This document shows, one piece after another, positions 13,788-28,700 of a stretch of DNA of 64,000 nucleotides; position 1 is the stretch's first letter, and the number at the start of each line of letters is the position of its first letter. The DNA is from Balanoglossus misakiensis. Lineage: Eukaryota > Animalia > Hemichordata. Under the pieces are notes generated by a model that saw nothing but the letters and a program-made list of their open reading frames with translations, had not been told where the DNA came from and did no database searches. The stretch covers positions 11,487,015 to 11,551,014 of the forward strand of contig CM082590.2 in the NCBI GenBank assembly GCA_040954595.2. The letters run 5' to 3'. The position numbers and the translations under genes are program-made.

Positions 13788-16700
13788 GTTCTGGCAGAGA
13801 CTGGTCCACAACCACGCCCTGTTTCACCGTGCCATTCTGGCAGAGACTGATCCACAACAACCTTCTGTTTCACCGCGCTGTCCTGGCAGAGAGTGGTAAA
13901 CAACAACCACCTGTTGCACCGCGCCGTTTTGGCAAAAAATTGACCACATCTACGTCCTATTTGACCGTGCCGTTCTGGCAGAAGTTGACCACAACTACGC
14001 ACTGTTTCACCGCCTCATTCTGGCAGAGACTGATCCACAACAACGTTCCGTTTCACCGCGCCGTTCTGCCAAAGACTGATCCACAACAACGTTCCGTTTC
14101 ACCGCGCTGTTCTGGCTTAAAGTTATCCAGAACTACACCCTGTTTCACCATGCCGTTCTGCCAGAGACTGGCCACAACAACGTTCTGTTTCACCGCCTCG
14201 TTCTGGCAGAGACTGATCCACAACAACCACCTGTTGCACCGTGCTGTTCTGGCTTAAAGTTATCCAAAACTACACCCTGTTTCACCATGCCGTTCTGCCA
14301 GAGACTGGCCACAACAACGTTCTGTTTCACCGCCTCGTTCTGGCAGAGACTGATCCACAACAACCACCTGTTGCACCGTGCTGTTCTGGCTTAAAGTTAT
14401 CCAGAACTACGCCCTGTTTCACCATGCCGTTCTGCCATAGACTGATCCACAACAACGTTCCGTTTCACCGCCTCGTTCTGGCAGAGACTGATCCACAACA
14501 ACGTTCCGTTTCACCGCGCCGTTCTGCCAAAGACTGATCTACAACAACCACCTGTTGCACCACGCTGTTCTGGCTTAAAGTTATCCAGAACTACGCCCTG
14601 TTTCACCATGCCGTTCTGCCATAGACTGATCCACAACAACGTTCCGTTTCACCGCCTCGTTCTGGCAGAGACTGATCCACAACAACCACCTGTTGCACCG
14701 TGCTTTTCTGGCTTAAAGTTATCCAGAACTACGCCCTGTTTCACCATGCCGTTCTGCCATAGACTGATCCACAACAACGTTCCGTTTCACCGCACCGTTC
14801 TGCCAAAGACTGATCCACAACAACCACCTGTTGCACCGCGCTGTTCTGGCTTAAAGTTATCCAGAACTACGCCCTGTTTCACCATGCCGTTCTGCCATAG
14901 ACTGATCCACAACAACGTTCCGTTTCACCGCCTCGTTCTGGCAGAGACTGATCTACAACAACCACCTGTTGCACCGTGCTTTTCTGGCTTAAAGTTATCC
15001 AGAACTACGCCCTGTTTCACCATGCCGTTCTGCCATAGACTGATCCACAACAACGTTCCGTTTCACCGCCTCGTTCTGGCAGAGACTGATCCACAACAAC
15101 CACCTGTTGCACCGTGCTTTTCTGGCTTAAAGTTATCCAGAACTACACCCTGTTTCACCATGCCGTTCTGCCAGAGACTGGCCACAACAACGTTCTGTTT
15201 CACCGCCTCGTTCTGGCAGAGACTGATCCACAACAACCACCTGTTGCACCGTGCTGTTCTGGCTTAAAGTTATCCAGAACTACACCCTGTTTCACCATGC
15301 CGTTCTGCCAGAGACTGGCCACAACAACGTTCCGTTTCACCGCCTCGTTCTGGCAGAGACTGATCCACAACAACCACCTGTTGCACCGTGCTGTTTTGGC
15401 TTAAAGTTATCCAGAACTACGCCCTGTTTCACCATGCCGTTCTGCCATAGACTGATCCACAACAACGTTCCGTTTCACCGCCTCGTTCTGGCAGAGACTG
15501 ATCTACAACAACCACCTGTTGCACCACGCTGTTCTGGCTTAAAGTTATCCAGAACTACGCCCTGTTCCACCATGCCGTTCTGCCAAAGACTAATCCACAA
15601 CAACCACCTGTTGCATCGTGCTGTTCTGGCTTAAAGTTATCCAGAACTACGCCCTGTTTCACCATGCCGTTCTGCCATAGACTGATCCACAACAACGTTC
15701 CGTTTCACCGCCTCGTTCTGGCAGAGACTGATCCACAACAACCACCTGTTGCACCGTGCTGTTCTGGCTTAAAGTTATCCAGAACTACGCCCTGTATCAC
15801 CATGCCGTTCTGCCAAAGACTAATCCACAACAACCACCTGTTGCATCGTGCTGTTCTGGCTTAAAGTTATCCAGAACTACGCCCTGTTTCACCATGCCGT
15901 TCTGCCAAAGACTGATCCACAACAACGTTCCGTTTCACCGCCTCGTTCTGGCAGAGACTGATCCACAACAACCACCTGTTGCACCGTGCTGTTCTGGCTT
16001 AAAGTTATCCAGAACTACGCCCTGTATCACCATGCCGTTCTGCCAAAGACTAATCCACAACAACCACCTGTTGCATCGTGCTGTTCTGGCTTAAAGTTAT
16101 CCAGAACTACGCCCTGTTTCACCATGCCGTTCTGCCATAGACTGATCCACAACAACGTTCCGTTTCACCGCCTCGTTCTGGCAGAGACTGATCCACAACA
16201 ACCACCTGTTGCACCGTGCTGTTCTGGCTTAAAGTTATCCAGAACTACGCCCTGTTCCACCATGCCGTTCTGCCATAGACTGATCCACAACAACGTTCCG
16301 TTTCACCGCCTCATTCTGGCAGAGACTGATCCACAACAACCACCTGTTGCACCGTGCTGTTCTGGCTTAAAGTTATCCAGAACTACGCCCTGTTTCACCA
16401 TGCCGTTCTGCCATAGACTGATCCACAACAACGTTCTGTTTCACCGCCTCATTCTGGCAGAGACTGATCCACAACAACCACCTGTTGCACCGTGCTGTTC
16501 TGGCTTAAAGTTATCCAGAACTACGCCCTGTTTCACCATGCCGTTCTGCCATAGACTGATCCACAACAACGTTCCGTTTCACCGCCTCATTCTGGCAGAG
16601 ACTGATCCACAACAACCACCTGTTGCACCGTGCTGTTCTGGCTTAAAGTTATCCAGAACTACGCCCTGTTTCACCATGCCGTTCTGCCAGAGACTGATCC

Positions 16701-19700
16701 TCAACAACGTTCTGTTTCACCGCCTCATTCTGGCAGAGACTGATCCACAACAACCACCTGTTGCACCGTGCTGTTCTGGCTTAAAGTTATCCAGAACTAC
16801 GCCCTGTTTCACCATGCCGTTCTGCCATAGACTGATCCACAACAACGTTCCGTTTCACCGCCTCGTTCTGGCAGAGACTGATCCACAACAACCACCTGTT
16901 GCACCGTGCTGTTCTGGCTTAAAGTTATCCAGAACTACGCCCTGTTTCACCATGCCGTTCTGCCAGAGACTGATCCACAACAACGTTCCGTTTCACCGCC
17001 TCATTCTGGCAGAGACTGATCCACAACAACCACCTGTTGCACCGTGCTGTTCTGGCTTAAAGTTATCCAGAACTACGCCCTGTTTCACCATGCCGTTCTG
17101 CCAGAGACTGATCCACAACAACGTTCCGTTTCACCGCCTCATTCTGGCAGAGACTGATCCACAACAACCACCTGTTGCACCGTGCTGTTCTGGCTTAAAG
17201 TTATCCAGAACTACGCCCTGTTTCACCATGCCGTTCTGCCATAGACTGATCCACAACAACGTTCCGTTTCACCGCCTCATTCTGGCAGAGACTGATCCAC
17301 AACAACCACCTGTTGCACCGTGCTGTTCTGGCTTAAAGTTATCAAGAACTACGCCCTGTTTCACCATGCCGTTCTGCCATAGACTGATCCACAACAACGT
17401 TCCGTTTCACCGCCTCGTTCTGGCAGAGACTGATCCACAACAACCACCTGTTGCACCGTGCTGTTCTGGCTTAAAGTTATCCAGAACTACGCCCTGTTTC
17501 ACCATGCCGTTCTGCCATAGACTGATCCACAACAACGTTCTGTTTCACCGCCTCATTCTGGCAGAGACTGATCCACAACAACCACCTGTTGCACCGTGCT
17601 GTTCTGGCTTAAAGTTATCCAGAACTACGCCCTGTTTCACCATGCCGTTCTGCCATAGACTGATCCACAACAACGTTCTGTTTCACCGCCTCATTCTGGC
17701 AGAGACTGATCCACAACAACCACCTGTTGCATCGTGCTGTTCTGGCTTAAAGTTATCCAGAACTACGCCCTGTTTCACCATGCCGTTCTGCCATAGACTG
17801 ATCCACAACAACGTTCTGTTTCACCGCCTCGTTCTGGCAGAGACTGATCCACAACAACCACCTGTTGCACCGTGCTGTTCTGGCTTAAAGTTATCCAGAA
17901 CTACACCCTGTTTCGCCGCACCGTTCTGCCATAGACTGATCCACAACAACGTTCTGTTTCACCGCCTCGTTCTGGCAGAGACTGATCCACAACAACCACC
18001 TGTTGCACCACGCTGTTCTGGCTTAAAGTTATCCAGAACTACGCCCTGTTTCACCATGCCGTTCTGCCATAGACTGATCCACAACAACGTTCCGTTTCAC
18101 CGCCTCGTTCTGGCAGAGACTGATCCACAACAACCACCTGTTGCACCGTGCTTTTCTGGCTTAAAGTTATCCAGAACTACGCCCTGTTTCACCATGCCGT
18201 TCTGCCATAGACTGATCCACAACAACGTTCCGTTTCACCGCCTCGTTCTGGCAGAGACTGATCCACAACAACCACCTGTAGCACCGTGCTGTTCTGGCTT
18301 AAAGTTATCCAGAACTACGCCCTGTTTCACCATGCCGTTCTGCCATAGACTGATCCACAACAACGTTCTGTTTCACCGCCTCATTCTGGCAGAGACTGAT
18401 CCACAACAACCACCTGTAGCACCGTGCTGTTCTGGCTTAAAGTTATCCAGAACTACGCCCTGTTTCACCATGCCGTTCTGCCATAGACTGATCCACAACA
18501 ACGTTCCGTTTCACCGCCTCGTTCTGGCAGAGACTGATCTACAACAACCACCTGTTGCACCGTGCTTTTCTGGCTTAAAGTTATCCAGAACTACGCCCTG
18601 TTTCACCATGCCGTTCTGCCATAGACTGATCCACAACAACGTTCCGTTTCACCGCCTCGTTCTGGCAGAGACTGATCCACAACAACCACCTGTTGCACCG
18701 TGCTTTTCTGGCTTAAAGTTATCCAGAACTACGCCCTGTTTCACCATGCCGTTCTGCCATAGACTGATCCACAACAACGTTCCGTTTCACCGCCTCGTTC
18801 TGGCAGAGACTGATGCACAACAATGTTCCGTTTCACCGCCTCATTCTGGCAGAGACTGATCCACAACAACCACCTGTTGCACCGTGCTGTTCTGGCTTAA
18901 AGTTATCCAGAACTACGCCCTGTTTCACCATGCCGTTCTGCCATAGACTGATCCACAACAACGTTCCGTTTCACCGCCTCGTTCTGGCAGAGACTGATCT
19001 ACAACAACCACCTGTTGCACCGTGCTTTTCTGGCTTAAAGTTATCCAGAACTACGCCCTGTTTCACCATGCCGTTCTGCCATAGACTGATCCACAACAAC
19101 GTTCCGTTTCACCGCCTCGTTCTGGCAGAGACTGATCCACAACAACCACCTGTTGCACCGTGCTGTTCTGGCTTAAAGTTATCCAGAACTACGCCCTGTT
19201 CCACCATGCCGTTCTGCCATAGACTGATCCACAACAACGTTCCGTTTCACCGCGCCGTTCTGCCAAAGACTAATCCACAACAACCACCTGTTGCACCGTG
19301 CTGTTCTGGCTTAAAGTTATCCAGAACTACGCCCTGTTTCACCATGCCGTTCTGCCATAGACTGATCCACAACAACGTTCCGTTTCACCGCCTCGTTCTG
19401 GCAGAGACTGATCTACAACAACCACCTGTTGCACCGTGCTGTTCTGGCTTAAAGTTATCCAGAACTACGCCCTGTTTCACCATGCCGTTCTGCCATAGAC
19501 TGATCCACAACAACGTTCTGTTTCACCGCCTCGTTCTGGCAGAGACTGATCCACAACAACCACCTGTTGCACCGTGCTGTTCTGGCTTAAAGTTATCCAG
19601 AACTACGCCCTGTTCCACCATGCCGTTCTGCCATAGACTGATCCACAACAACGTTCCGTTTCACCGCCTCGTTCTGGCAGAGACTGATCCACAACAACCA

Positions 19701-22700
19701 CCTGTTGCACCGTGCTGTTCTGGCTTAAAGTTATCCAGAACTACGCCCTGTTTCACCATGCCGTTCTGCCATAGACTGATCCACAACAACGTTCCGTTTC
19801 ACCGCACCGTTCTGCCAAAGACTGATCCACAACAACCACCTGTTGCACCGTGCTGTTCTGGCTTAAAGTTATCCAGAACTACGCCCTGTTCCACCATGCC
19901 GTTCTGCCATAGACTGATCCACAACAACGTTCCGTTTCACCGCGCCGTTCTGCCAAAGACTAATCCACAACAACCACCTGTTGCACCGTGCTGTTCTGGC
20001 TTAAAGTTATCCAGAACTACGCCCTGTTTCACCATGCCGTTCTGCCATAGACTGATCCACAACAACGTTCCGTTTCACCGCCTCGTTCTGGCAGAGACTG
20101 ATCTACAACAACCACCTGTTGCACCGTGCTGTTCTGGCTTAAAGTTATCCAGAACTACGCCCTGTTTCACCATGCCGTTCTGCCATAGACTGATCCACAA
20201 CAACGTTCTGTTTCACCGCCTCGTTCTGGCAGAGACTGATCCACAACAACCACCTGTTGCACCGTGCTGTTCTGGCTTAAAGTTATCCAGAACTACGCCC
20301 TGTTCCACCATGCCGTTCTGCCATAGACTGATCCACAACAACATTCCGTTTCACCGCCTCGTTCTGGCAGAGACTGATCGACAACAACGTTCCGTTTCAC
20401 CGCGCCGTTCTGCCAAAGACTGATCCACAACAACCACCTGTTGCACCGTGCTGTTCTGGCTTAAAGTTATCCAGAACTACGCCCTGTTTCACCATGCCGT
20501 TCTGCCATAGACTGATCCACAACAACGTTCTGTTTCACCGCCTCATTCTGGCAGAGACTGATCCACAACAACCACCTGTTGCACCGTGCTGTTCTGGCTT
20601 AAAGTTATCCAGAACTACGCCCTGTTTCACCATGCCGTTCTGCCATAGACTGATCCACAACAACGTTCCGTTTCACCGCGCCGTTCTGCCAAAGACTGAT
20701 CCACAACAACCACCTGTTGCACCGTGCTGTTCTGGCTTAAAGTTATCCAGAACTACGCCCTGTTTCACCATGCCGTTCTGCCATAGACTGATCCACAACA
20801 ACGTTCTGTTTCACCGCCTCGTTCTGCCAAAGACTGATCCACAACAACCACCTGTTGCACCGTGCTGTTCTGGCTTAAAGTTATCCAGAACTACGCCCTG
20901 TTTCACCATGCCGTTCTGCCATAGACTGATCCACAACAACGTTCTGTTTCACCGCCTCGTTCTGGCAGAGACTGATCCACAACAACCACCTGTTGCACCA
21001 CGCTGTTCTGGCTTAAAGTTATCCAGAACTACGCCCTGTTTCACCATGCCGTTCTGCCATAGACTGATCCACAACAACGTTCTGTTTCACCGCCTCGTTC
21101 TGGCAGAGACTGATCCACAACAACGTTCCGTTTCACCGCGCCGTTCTGCCAAAGACTGATCTACAACAACCACCTGTTGCACCACGCTGTTCTGGCTTAA
21201 AGTTATCCAGAACTACGCCCTGTTTCACCATGCCGTTCTGCCATAGACTGATCCACAACAACGTTCCGTTTCACCGCCTCGTTCTGGCAGAGACTGATCT
21301 ACAACAACCACCTGTTGCACCACGCTGTTCTGGCTTAAAGTTATCCAGAACTACGCCCTGTTTCACCATGCCGTTCTGCCATAGACTGATCCACAACAAC
21401 GTTCTGTTTCACCGCCTCGTTCTGGCAGAGACTGATCCACAACAACGTTCCGTTTCACCGCCTCGTTCTGGCAGAGACTGACCCACAACAACGTTCCGTT
21501 TCACCGCGCCGTTCTGCCAAAGACTGATCTACAACAACCACCTGTTGCACCACGCTGTTCTGGCTTAAAGTTATCCAGAACTACGCCCTGTTTCACCATG
21601 CCGTTCTGCCATAGACTGATCCACAACAACGTTCCGTTTCACCGCCTCGTTCTGGCAGAGACTGATCCACAACAACGTTCCGTTTCACCGCGCCGTTCTG
21701 CCAAAGACTGATCTACAACAACCACCTGTTGCACCACGCTGTTCTGGCTTAAAGTTATCCAGAACTACGCCCTGTTTCACCATGCCGTTCTGCCATAGAC
21801 TGATCCACAACAACGTTCCGTTTCACCGCCTCGTTCTGGCAGAGACTGATCTACAACAACCACCTGTTGCACCACGCTGTTCTGGCTTAAAGTTATCTAG
21901 AACTACGCCCTGTTTCAACATGCCGTTCTGCCATAGACTGATCCACAACAACGTTCCGTTTCACCGCCTCGTTCTGGCAGAGACTGATCCACAACAACGT
22001 TCCGTTTCACCGCGCCGTTCTGCCAAAGACTGATCTACAACAACCACCTGTTGCACCACGCTGTTCTGGCTTAAAGTTATCCAGAACTACGCCCTGTTTC
22101 ACCATGCCGTTCTGCCATAGACTGATCCACAACAACGTTCTGTTTCACCGCCTCGTTCTGGCAGAGACTGATCCACAACAACCACCTGTTGCACCGTGCT
22201 GTTCTGGCTTAAAGTTATCCAGAACTACGCCCTGTTTCACCATGCCGTTCTGCCATAGACTGATCCACAACAACGTTCCGTTTCACCGCCTCGTTCTGGC
22301 AGAGACTGATCCACAACAACCACCTGTTGCACCGTGCTGTTCTGGCTTAAAGTTATCCACAACTACGCCCTGTTTCACCATGCCGTTCTGCCATAGACTG
22401 ATCCACAACAACGTTCCGTTTCACCGCCTCGTTCTGGCAGAGACTGATCCACAACAACCACCTGTTGCACCGTGCTGTTCTGGCTTAAACTTATCCACAA
22501 CTACGCCCTGTTTCACCGCGCCGTTCTGCCAAAGACTGATCCACAACAACGTTCCGTTTCACCGCCTCGTTCTGGCAGAGACTGATCCACAACAACCACC
22601 TGTTGCATCGTGCTGTTCTGGCTTAAAGTTATCCAGAACTACGCCCTGTTTCACCATGCCGTTCTGCCATAGACTGATCCACAACAACGTTCTGTTTCAC

Positions 22701-25700
22701 CGCCTCGTTCTGGCAGAGACTGATCCACAACAACCACCTGTTGCACCGTGCTGTTCTGGCTTAAACTTATCCACAACTACGCCCTGTTTCACCGCGCCGT
22801 TCTGCCAAAGACTGATCCACAACAACGTTCCGTTTCACCGCCTCGTTCTGGCAGAGACTGATCCACAACAACCACCTGTTGCATCGTGCTGTTCTGGCTT
22901 AAAGTTATCCAGAACTACGCCCTGTTTCACCATGCCGTTCTGCCATAGACTGATCCACAACAACGTTCTGTTTCACCGCCTCGTTCTGGCAGAGACTGAT
23001 CCACAACAACCACCTGTTGCACCGTGCTGTTCTGGCTTAAAGTTATCCAGAACTACGCCCTGTTTCACCATGCCGTTCTGCCATAGACTGATCCACAACA
23101 ACCACCTGTTGCACCGTGCTGTTCTGGCTTAAAGTTATCCAGAACTACGCCCTGTTTCACCATGCCGTTCTGCCATAGACTGATCCACAACAACGTTCTG
23201 TTTCACCGCCTCGTTCTGGCAGAGACTGATCCACAACAACCACCTGTTGCACCGTGCTGTTCTGGCTTAAACTTATCCACAACTACGCCCTGTTTCACCG
23301 CGCCGTTCTGCCAAAGACTGATCCACAACAACGTTCCGTTTCACCGCCTCGTTCTGGCAGAGACTGATCCACAACAACCACCTGTTGCATCGTGCTGTTC
23401 TGGCTTAAAGTTATCCAGAACTACGCCCTGTTTCACCATGCCGTTCTGCCATAGACTGATCCACAACAACGTTCTGTTTCACCGCCTCGTTCTGGCAGAG
23501 ACTGATCCACAACAACCACCTGTTGCACCGTGCTGTTCTGGCTTAAAGTTATCCAGAACTACGCCCTGTTTCACCGCGCCGTTCTGCCATAGACTGATCC
23601 ACAACAACCACCTGTTGCACCGTGCTGTTCTGGCTTAAAGTTATCCAGAACTACGCCCTGTTTCACCATGCCGTTCTGCCATAGACTGATCCACAACAAC
23701 GTTCTGTTTCACCGCCTCGTTCTGGCAGAGACTGATCCACAACAACCACCTGTTACATCGTGCTGTTCTGGCTTAAAGTTATCCAGAACTACGCCCTGTT
23801 TCACCATGCCGTTCTGCCATAGACTGATCCACAACAACGTTCCGTTTCACCGCACCGTTCTGCCATAGACTGATCCACCACAACGTTCCGTTTCACCGCC
23901 TCGTTCTGGCAAAGACTGATCCACAACATCCACCTGTTGCACCACGCTGTTCTGGCATAAAGTTATCCAGAACTACGCCCTGTTTCACCATGCCGTTCTG
24001 CCATAGACTGATCCACAACAACGCTCCGTTTCACCGCGCCGTTCTGCCAAAGACTGATCCACAACAACCACCTGTTGCACCACGCTGTTCTGGCTTAAAG
24101 TTATCCAGAACTACGCCCTGTTTCACCATGCCGTTCTGCCATAGACTGATCCACAACAACGTTCCGTTTCACCGCACCGTTCTGCCAAAGACTGATCCAC
24201 AACAACCACCTGTTGCATCGTGCTGTTCTGGCTTAAAGTTATCAAGAACTACGCCCTGTTTCACCATGCCGTTCTGCCATAGACTGATCCACAACAACGT
24301 TCCGTTTCACCGCCTCGTTCTGGCAGAGACTGATGCACAACAACCACCTGTTGCACCGTGCTGTTCTGGCTTAAAGTTATCCAGAACTACGCCCTGTTTC
24401 ACCATGCCGTTCTGCCATAGACTGATCCACAACAACGTTCTGTTTCACCGCCTCATTCTGGCAGAGACTGATCTACAACAACCACCTGTTGCACCGTGCT
24501 GTTCTGGCTTAAAGTTATCCAGAACTACGCCCTGTTTCACCATGCCGTTCTGCCATAGACTGATCCACAACAACGTTCTGTTTCACCGCCTCATTCTGGC
24601 AGAGACTGATCTACAACAACCACCTGTTGCATCGTGCTGTTCTGGCTTAAAGTTATCCAGAACTACGCCCTGTTTCACCATGCCGTTCTGCCATAGACTG
24701 ATCCACAACAACGTTCCGTTTCACCGCCTCGTTCTGGCAGAGACTGATCCACAACAACCACCTGTTGCACCGTGCTGTTCTGGCTTAAAGTTATCCAGAA
24801 CTACGCCCTGTTCCACCATGCCGTTCTGCCATAGACTGATCCACAACAACGTTCCGTTTCACCGCCTCGTTCTGGCAGAGACTGATCCACAACAACCACC
24901 TGTTGCATCGTGCTGTTCTGGCTTAAAGTTATCCAGAACTACGCCCTGTTTCACCATGCCGTTCTGCCATAGACTGATCCACAACAACGTTCCGTTTCAC
25001 CGCCTCGTTCTGGCAGAGACTGATGCACAACATGCACCTGTTGCACCGTGCTGTTCTGGCTTAAAGTTATCCAGAACTACGCCCTGTTTCACCATGCCGT
25101 TCTGCCATAGACTGATCCACAACAACGTTCCGTTTCACCGCCTCGTTCTGGCAGAGACTGATCCACAACAACCACCTGTTGCACCGTGCTGTTCTGGCTT
25201 AAAGTTATCCAGAACTACGCCCTGTTTCACCATGCCGTTCTGCCATAGACTGATCCACAACAACGTTCCGTTTCACCGCCTCGTTCTGGCAGAGACTGAT
25301 CTACAACAACCACCTGTTGCACCACGCTGTTCTGGCTTAAAGTTATCCAGAACTACGCCCTGTTTCACCATGCCGTTCTGCCATAGACTGATCCACAACA
25401 ACGTTCCGTTTCACCGCCTCGTTCTGGCAGAGACTGATCCACAACAACCACCTGTTGCACCGTGCTGTTCTGGCTTAAAGTTATCCAGAACTACGCCCTG
25501 TTTCACCATGCCGTTCTGCCATAGACTGATCCACAACAACGTTCCGTTTCACCGCCTCGTTCTGGCAGAGACTGATCCACAACAACCACCTGTTGCACCG
25601 TGCTGTTCTGGCTTAAAGTTATCCAGAACTACGCCCTGTTCCACCATGCCGTTCTGCCATAGACTGATCCACAACAACGTTCCGTTTCACCGCCTCATTC

Positions 25701-28700
25701 TGGCAGAGACTGATCCACAACAACCACCTGTTGCACCGTGCTGTTCTGGCTTAAAGTTATCCAGAACTACGCCCTGTTTCACCATGCCGTTCTGCCATAG
25801 ACTGATCCACAACAACGTTCTGTTTCACCGCCTCATTCTGGCAGAGACTGATCCACAACAACCACCTGTTGCACCGTGCTGTTCTGGCTTAAAGTTATCC
25901 AGAACTACGCCCTGTTTCACCATGCCGTTCTGCCATAGACTGATCCACAACAACGTTCTGTTTCACCGCCTCATTCTGGCAGAGACTGATCCACAACAAC
26001 CACCTGTTGCATCGTGCTGTTCTGGCTTAAAGTTATCCAGAACTACGCCCTGTTTCACCATGCCGTTCTGCCATAGACTGATCCACAACAACGTTCCGTT
26101 TCACCGCCTCGTTCTGGCAGAGACTGATCCACAACAACCACCTGTTGCACCGTGCTGTTCTGGCTTAAAGTTATCCACAACTACGCCCTGTTTCACCATG
26201 CCGTTCTGCCATAGACTGATCCACAACAACGTTCCGTTTCACCGCCTCGTTCTGGCAGAGACTGATCCACAACAACGTTCCGTTTCACCGCGCTGTTCTG
26301 GCTTAAAGTTATCCAGAACTACACCCTGTTTCACCATGCCGTTCTGCCAGAGACTGGCCACAACAACGTTCTGTTTCACCGCCTCGTTCTGGCAGAGACT
26401 GATCCACAACAACCACCTGTTGCACCGTGCTGTTCTGGCTTAAAGTTATCCAGAACTACACCCTGTTTCACCATGCCGTTCTGCCAGAGACTGGCCACAA
26501 CAACGTTCTGTTTCACCGCCTCGTTCTGGCAGAGACTGATCCACAACAACCACCTGTTGCACCGTGCTGTTCTGGCTTAAAGTTATCCAGAACTACACCC
26601 TGTTTCACCATGCCGTTCTGCCATAGACTGATCCACAACAACGTTCCGTTTCACCGCGCCGTTCTGGCAGAGACTGATCCACAACAACCACCTGTTGCAT
26701 CGTGCTGTTCTGGCTTAAAGTTATCCAGAACTACGCCCTGTTTCACCATGCCGTTCTGCCATAGACTGATCCACAACAACGTTCCGTTTCACCGCGCCGT
26801 TCTGCCAAAGACTAATCCACAACAACCACCTGTTGCATCGTGCTGTTCTGGCTTAAAGTTATCCAGAACTACGCCCTGTTTCACCATGCCGTTCTGCCAT
26901 AGACTGATCCACAACAACGTTCCGTTTCACCGCGCCGTTCTGGCAGAGACTGATCCACAACAACCACCTGTTGCATCGTGCTGTTCTGGCTTAAAGTTAT
27001 CCAGAACTACGCCCTGTTTCACCGCACCGTTCTGCCATAGACTGATCCACAACAACGTTCCGTTTCACCGCGCCGTTCTGGCAGAGACTGATCCACAACA
27101 ACCACCTGTTGCATCGTGCTGTTCTGGCTTAAAGTTATCCAGAACTACGCCCTGTTTCACCATGCCGTTCTCCCATAGACTGATCCACAACAACGTTTCA
27201 TTTCACCGCGCCGTTCTGCCAAAGACTAATCCACAACAACCACCTGTTGCATCGTGCTGTTCTGGCTTAAAGTTATCCAGAACTACGCCCTGTTTCACCA
27301 TGCCGTTCTGCCATAGACTGATCCACAACAACGTTCCGTTTCACCGCCTCGTTCTGGCAGAGACTGATCCACAACATCCACCTGTTGCACTACGCTGTTC
27401 TGGCATAAAGTTATCCAGAACTACGCCCTGTTTCACCATGCCGTTCTGCCATAGACTGATCCACAACAACGTTCCGTTTCACCGCACCGTTCTGCCATAG
27501 ACTGATCCACCACAACGTTCCGTTTCACCGCCTCGTTCTGACAGAGACTGATCCACAACATGCACCTGTTGCACCACGCTGTTCTGGCATAAAGTTATCC
27601 AGAACTACGCCCTGTTTCACCATGCCGTTCTGCCATAGACTGATCCACAACAACGTTCCGTTTCACCGCGCCGTTCTGGCAGAGACTGATCCACAACAAC
27701 GGTCCGTTTCACCGTGCCGTTCTGCCAAAGACTGATCCACAACAACCACCTGTTGTACCGTGCTGTTCTGGCTTAAAGTTATCCAGAACTACGCCCTGTT
27801 TCACCATGCCGTTCTGCCATAGACTGATCCACAACAACGTTCCGTTTCACCGCCTCGTTCTGGCAGAGACTGATCCACAACAACGGTCCGTTTCACCGTG
27901 CCGTTCTGCCAAAGACTGATCCACAACAACCACCTGTTGTACCGTGCTGTTCTGGCTTAAAGTTATCCAGAACTACGCCCTGTTTCACCATGCCGTTCTG
28001 CCATAGACTGATCCACAACAACGTTCCGTTTCACCGCTTCGTTCTGGCAGAGACTGATCCACAACAATGTTCCGTTTCACCGCGCCGTTCTGCCAAAGAC
28101 TGATCCACAACAACCACCTGTTGCACCGTGCTGTTCTGGCTTAAAGTTATCCACAAGTACGCCCTGTTTCACCGCGCCATTCTACCAGAAAGTTGACTAC
28201 AACTACGCGCTGTTTCACCGCACCGTTCTGCCATAGACTGATCCACAACAACGTTCCGTTTCACCGCGCCGTTCAGCCAGAGACTGATCCACAACAACCA
28301 CCTGTTGCACCGTGCTTTTCTGGCTTAAAGTTATCCAGAACTACGCCCTGTTTCACCATGCCGTTCTGCCATAGACTGATCCACAACAACGTTCCGTTTC
28401 ACCGCACCGTTCTGCCAAAGACTGATCCACAACAACCACCTGTTGCATCGTGCTGTTCTGGCTTAAAGTTATCAAGAACTACGCCCTGTTTCACCATGCC
28501 GTTCTGCCATAGACTGATCCACAACAACGTTCCGTTTCACCGCGCCGTTCTGGCAGAGACTGATCCACAACAACCACCTGTTGCATCGTGCTGTTCTGGC
28601 TTAAAGTTATCCAGAACTACGCCCTGTTTCACCGCACCGTTCTGCCATAGACTGATCCACAACAACGTTCCGTTTCACCGCGCCGTTCTGGCAGAGACTG

